Source: Candidatus Latescibacterota bacterium (GTDB lineage: Bacteria; Latescibacterota; UBA2968; UBA8231). Taken from it: a stretch of 64,000 nt of DNA. The notes beneath the pieces were generated by a model, which searched no databases, was not told the DNA's origin, and saw nothing but the letters and a program-made list of their open reading frames with translations. Below are positions 62,850 through 64,000 of the stretch, in pieces. Made by a program: the position numbers and the translations under genes. The stretch covers positions 4,000,001 to 4,064,000 of the forward strand of contig OZ242005.1 in NCBI GenBank assembly GCA_965204725.1. Reading direction: 5' to 3'. How positions within the stretch are numbered: position 1 is the stretch's first letter; each line of letters begins with the position of its first letter.

Positions 62850-64000
62850 ATGGCCCGCTTTCACCGCCCCGGCCCTTGGCTGGGGGCCGCCCTTTGTCTC
62901 CTCCTCTGTACCTGTAGCCCCAAGGAGCGCAACTCCTTGGTCCGCGCCGGGATGTACGCCTTTGCTCAGGAGCGCTACAGCGAAGCCATCGTCGCCTTTC
63001 ACCAAGCGCTGGCCTCCCACGCCGACGATTACGAGGTCCACCACTATCTCGCCCGTTCTTACCTAGCGCTGGGCAAATTCCCCCAAGCCCTGCGGGCGAT
63101 CGAACACGCGATTGAACTCGCGCCGCAAGAAAACCAGACGCGGGCCGAGTTGTACGAAATTCTCGGCATCGTCCACACGGCCCGCTACACCTCCAGAGCG
63201 TATAGCCCCAACCAGCACCGCGATGTCCAAGCAGCGCGGGCCGCCTTTGAGCAATCGACCGCGCTCGACCCCCACCGCGCAACCGCGTACTACAACTTGG
63301 GCTTACTACACGGCTATCGCCAAGAAGTAGAGCAGGCCCAAGCCGCGTACACGGCGGCCTTGGCGGCCGATTCCACCTTGGCGCCAGCGCACAAGAAATT
63401 GGGCAAAATTCACCGGGAAAAGGGGTTCCCGTCCGCCGCGGCCCGCGCCTTCAAAAAAGCGGTGCGCTTCGACCCGCAAGACGCCGAAGCGCACTTTCTC
63501 TTGGGACTGGCCCAGCGCGACATCGGCGATAACGAGGCGGCTTTGGCGGCCCTCCTCAAGGCCACCGAGCTCAACCCCGACTCGCCCAAGCTCCGCCTCA
63601 ACCTCGGCAACGTCTATCTCCGCCTAGGCCGCGGCGAAGAGGGCAAGCGGGAAATGGCGCGCTCGGAAAGCCTGCGCCAGCAGCATCGGGGCCTACACTC
63701 GGAAATCTCCCGGCCAGCGCATCAATCGCTCCCCATTGGCTCGGCGCGGGATCACTACAACATGGGGTTGAAGCACCGGATGGCCGGCGAAATCGAGCAG
63801 GCTTTGTTGGAGTTTCGGCGCACGGTCGAAATCAAACCCGATCACAAAGACGCCCACATCGGCCTCGGCCTCCTCCTCGCCGAGCAAGGCCGGCAAAAAC
63901 AGGCGGCCCGGTATTTCCAGCGGGCCATTGAGTTGGAGCCAGAAAATCCCGTCCTGTACGTGCATCTGGGCAATGCTCACTATCAGGCGGGCTTCCTCGA
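62850..64000 (+). CDS. TPR-repeat lipoprotein (3' truncated by window edge)
   Basis: Not in the ORF track. ATG 62850 gives MARFHRPGPWLGAALCLLLCTCSPKE..., followed by TPR repeats (AYYNLG, AHFLLG, LNLGNVY), and the frame appears to run off the window edge. Confidence 0.85.
   Translation, partial: MARFHRPGPWLGAALCLLLCTCSPKERNSLVRAGMYAFAQERYSEAIVAFHQALASHADDYEVHHYLARSYLALGKFPQALRAIEHAIELAPQENQTRAELYEILGIVHTARYTSRAYSPNQHRDVQAARAAFEQSTALDPHRATAYYNLGLLHGYRQEVEQAQAAYTAALAADSTLAPAHKKLGKIHREKGFPSAAARAFKKAVRFDPQDAEAHFLLGLAQRDIGDNEAALAALLKATELNPDSPKLRLNLGNVYLRLGRGEEGKREMARSESLRQQHRGLHSEISRPAHQSLPIGSARDHYNMGLKHRMAGEIEQALLEFRRTVEIKPDHKDAHIGLGLLLAEQGRQKQAARYFQRAIELEPENPVLYVHLGNAHYQAGFL

Overview
A GC-rich (roughly 60%, judged by eye) bacterial chromosomal window with about 42 genes. 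I found no rRNA, tRNA, CRISPR array or transposase. The gene content includes five phytanoyl-CoA dioxygenase paralogues, two DUF6785-type permeases, four CRTAC1/ASPIC-UnbV proteins, TPR proteins, T9SS-CTD/FlgD-Ig-tailed proteins and a C-terminal TWGxIK motif. This suggests an FCB-related candidate lineage such as Latescibacterota, possibly host-associated (inference only). The left half (1-33.7 kb) is mostly catabolic and transport genes plus a lone low-GC ABC-ATPase/TOPRIM gene. The right half (33.8-64 kb) is a cell-envelope locus. Its core is a co-oriented run (45.3-62.4 kb) with two paralogous ~930-aa uncharacterised secreted or outer-membrane proteins, CTD-tailed discoidin-like proteins, a TWGxIK-tailed protein, a SurA-like PPIase, a receptor-L repeat lipoprotein, a GT-C glycosyltransferase and a CRTAC1 protein. 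This run is the best candidate for an undescribed surface-display system. Intergenic DNA carries three MITE-like families loaded with REP hairpins, often sitting on start or stop codons. The whole window is strongly depleted of CCWGG and rich in its deamination products. All family assignments come from motif recognition, not database searches.
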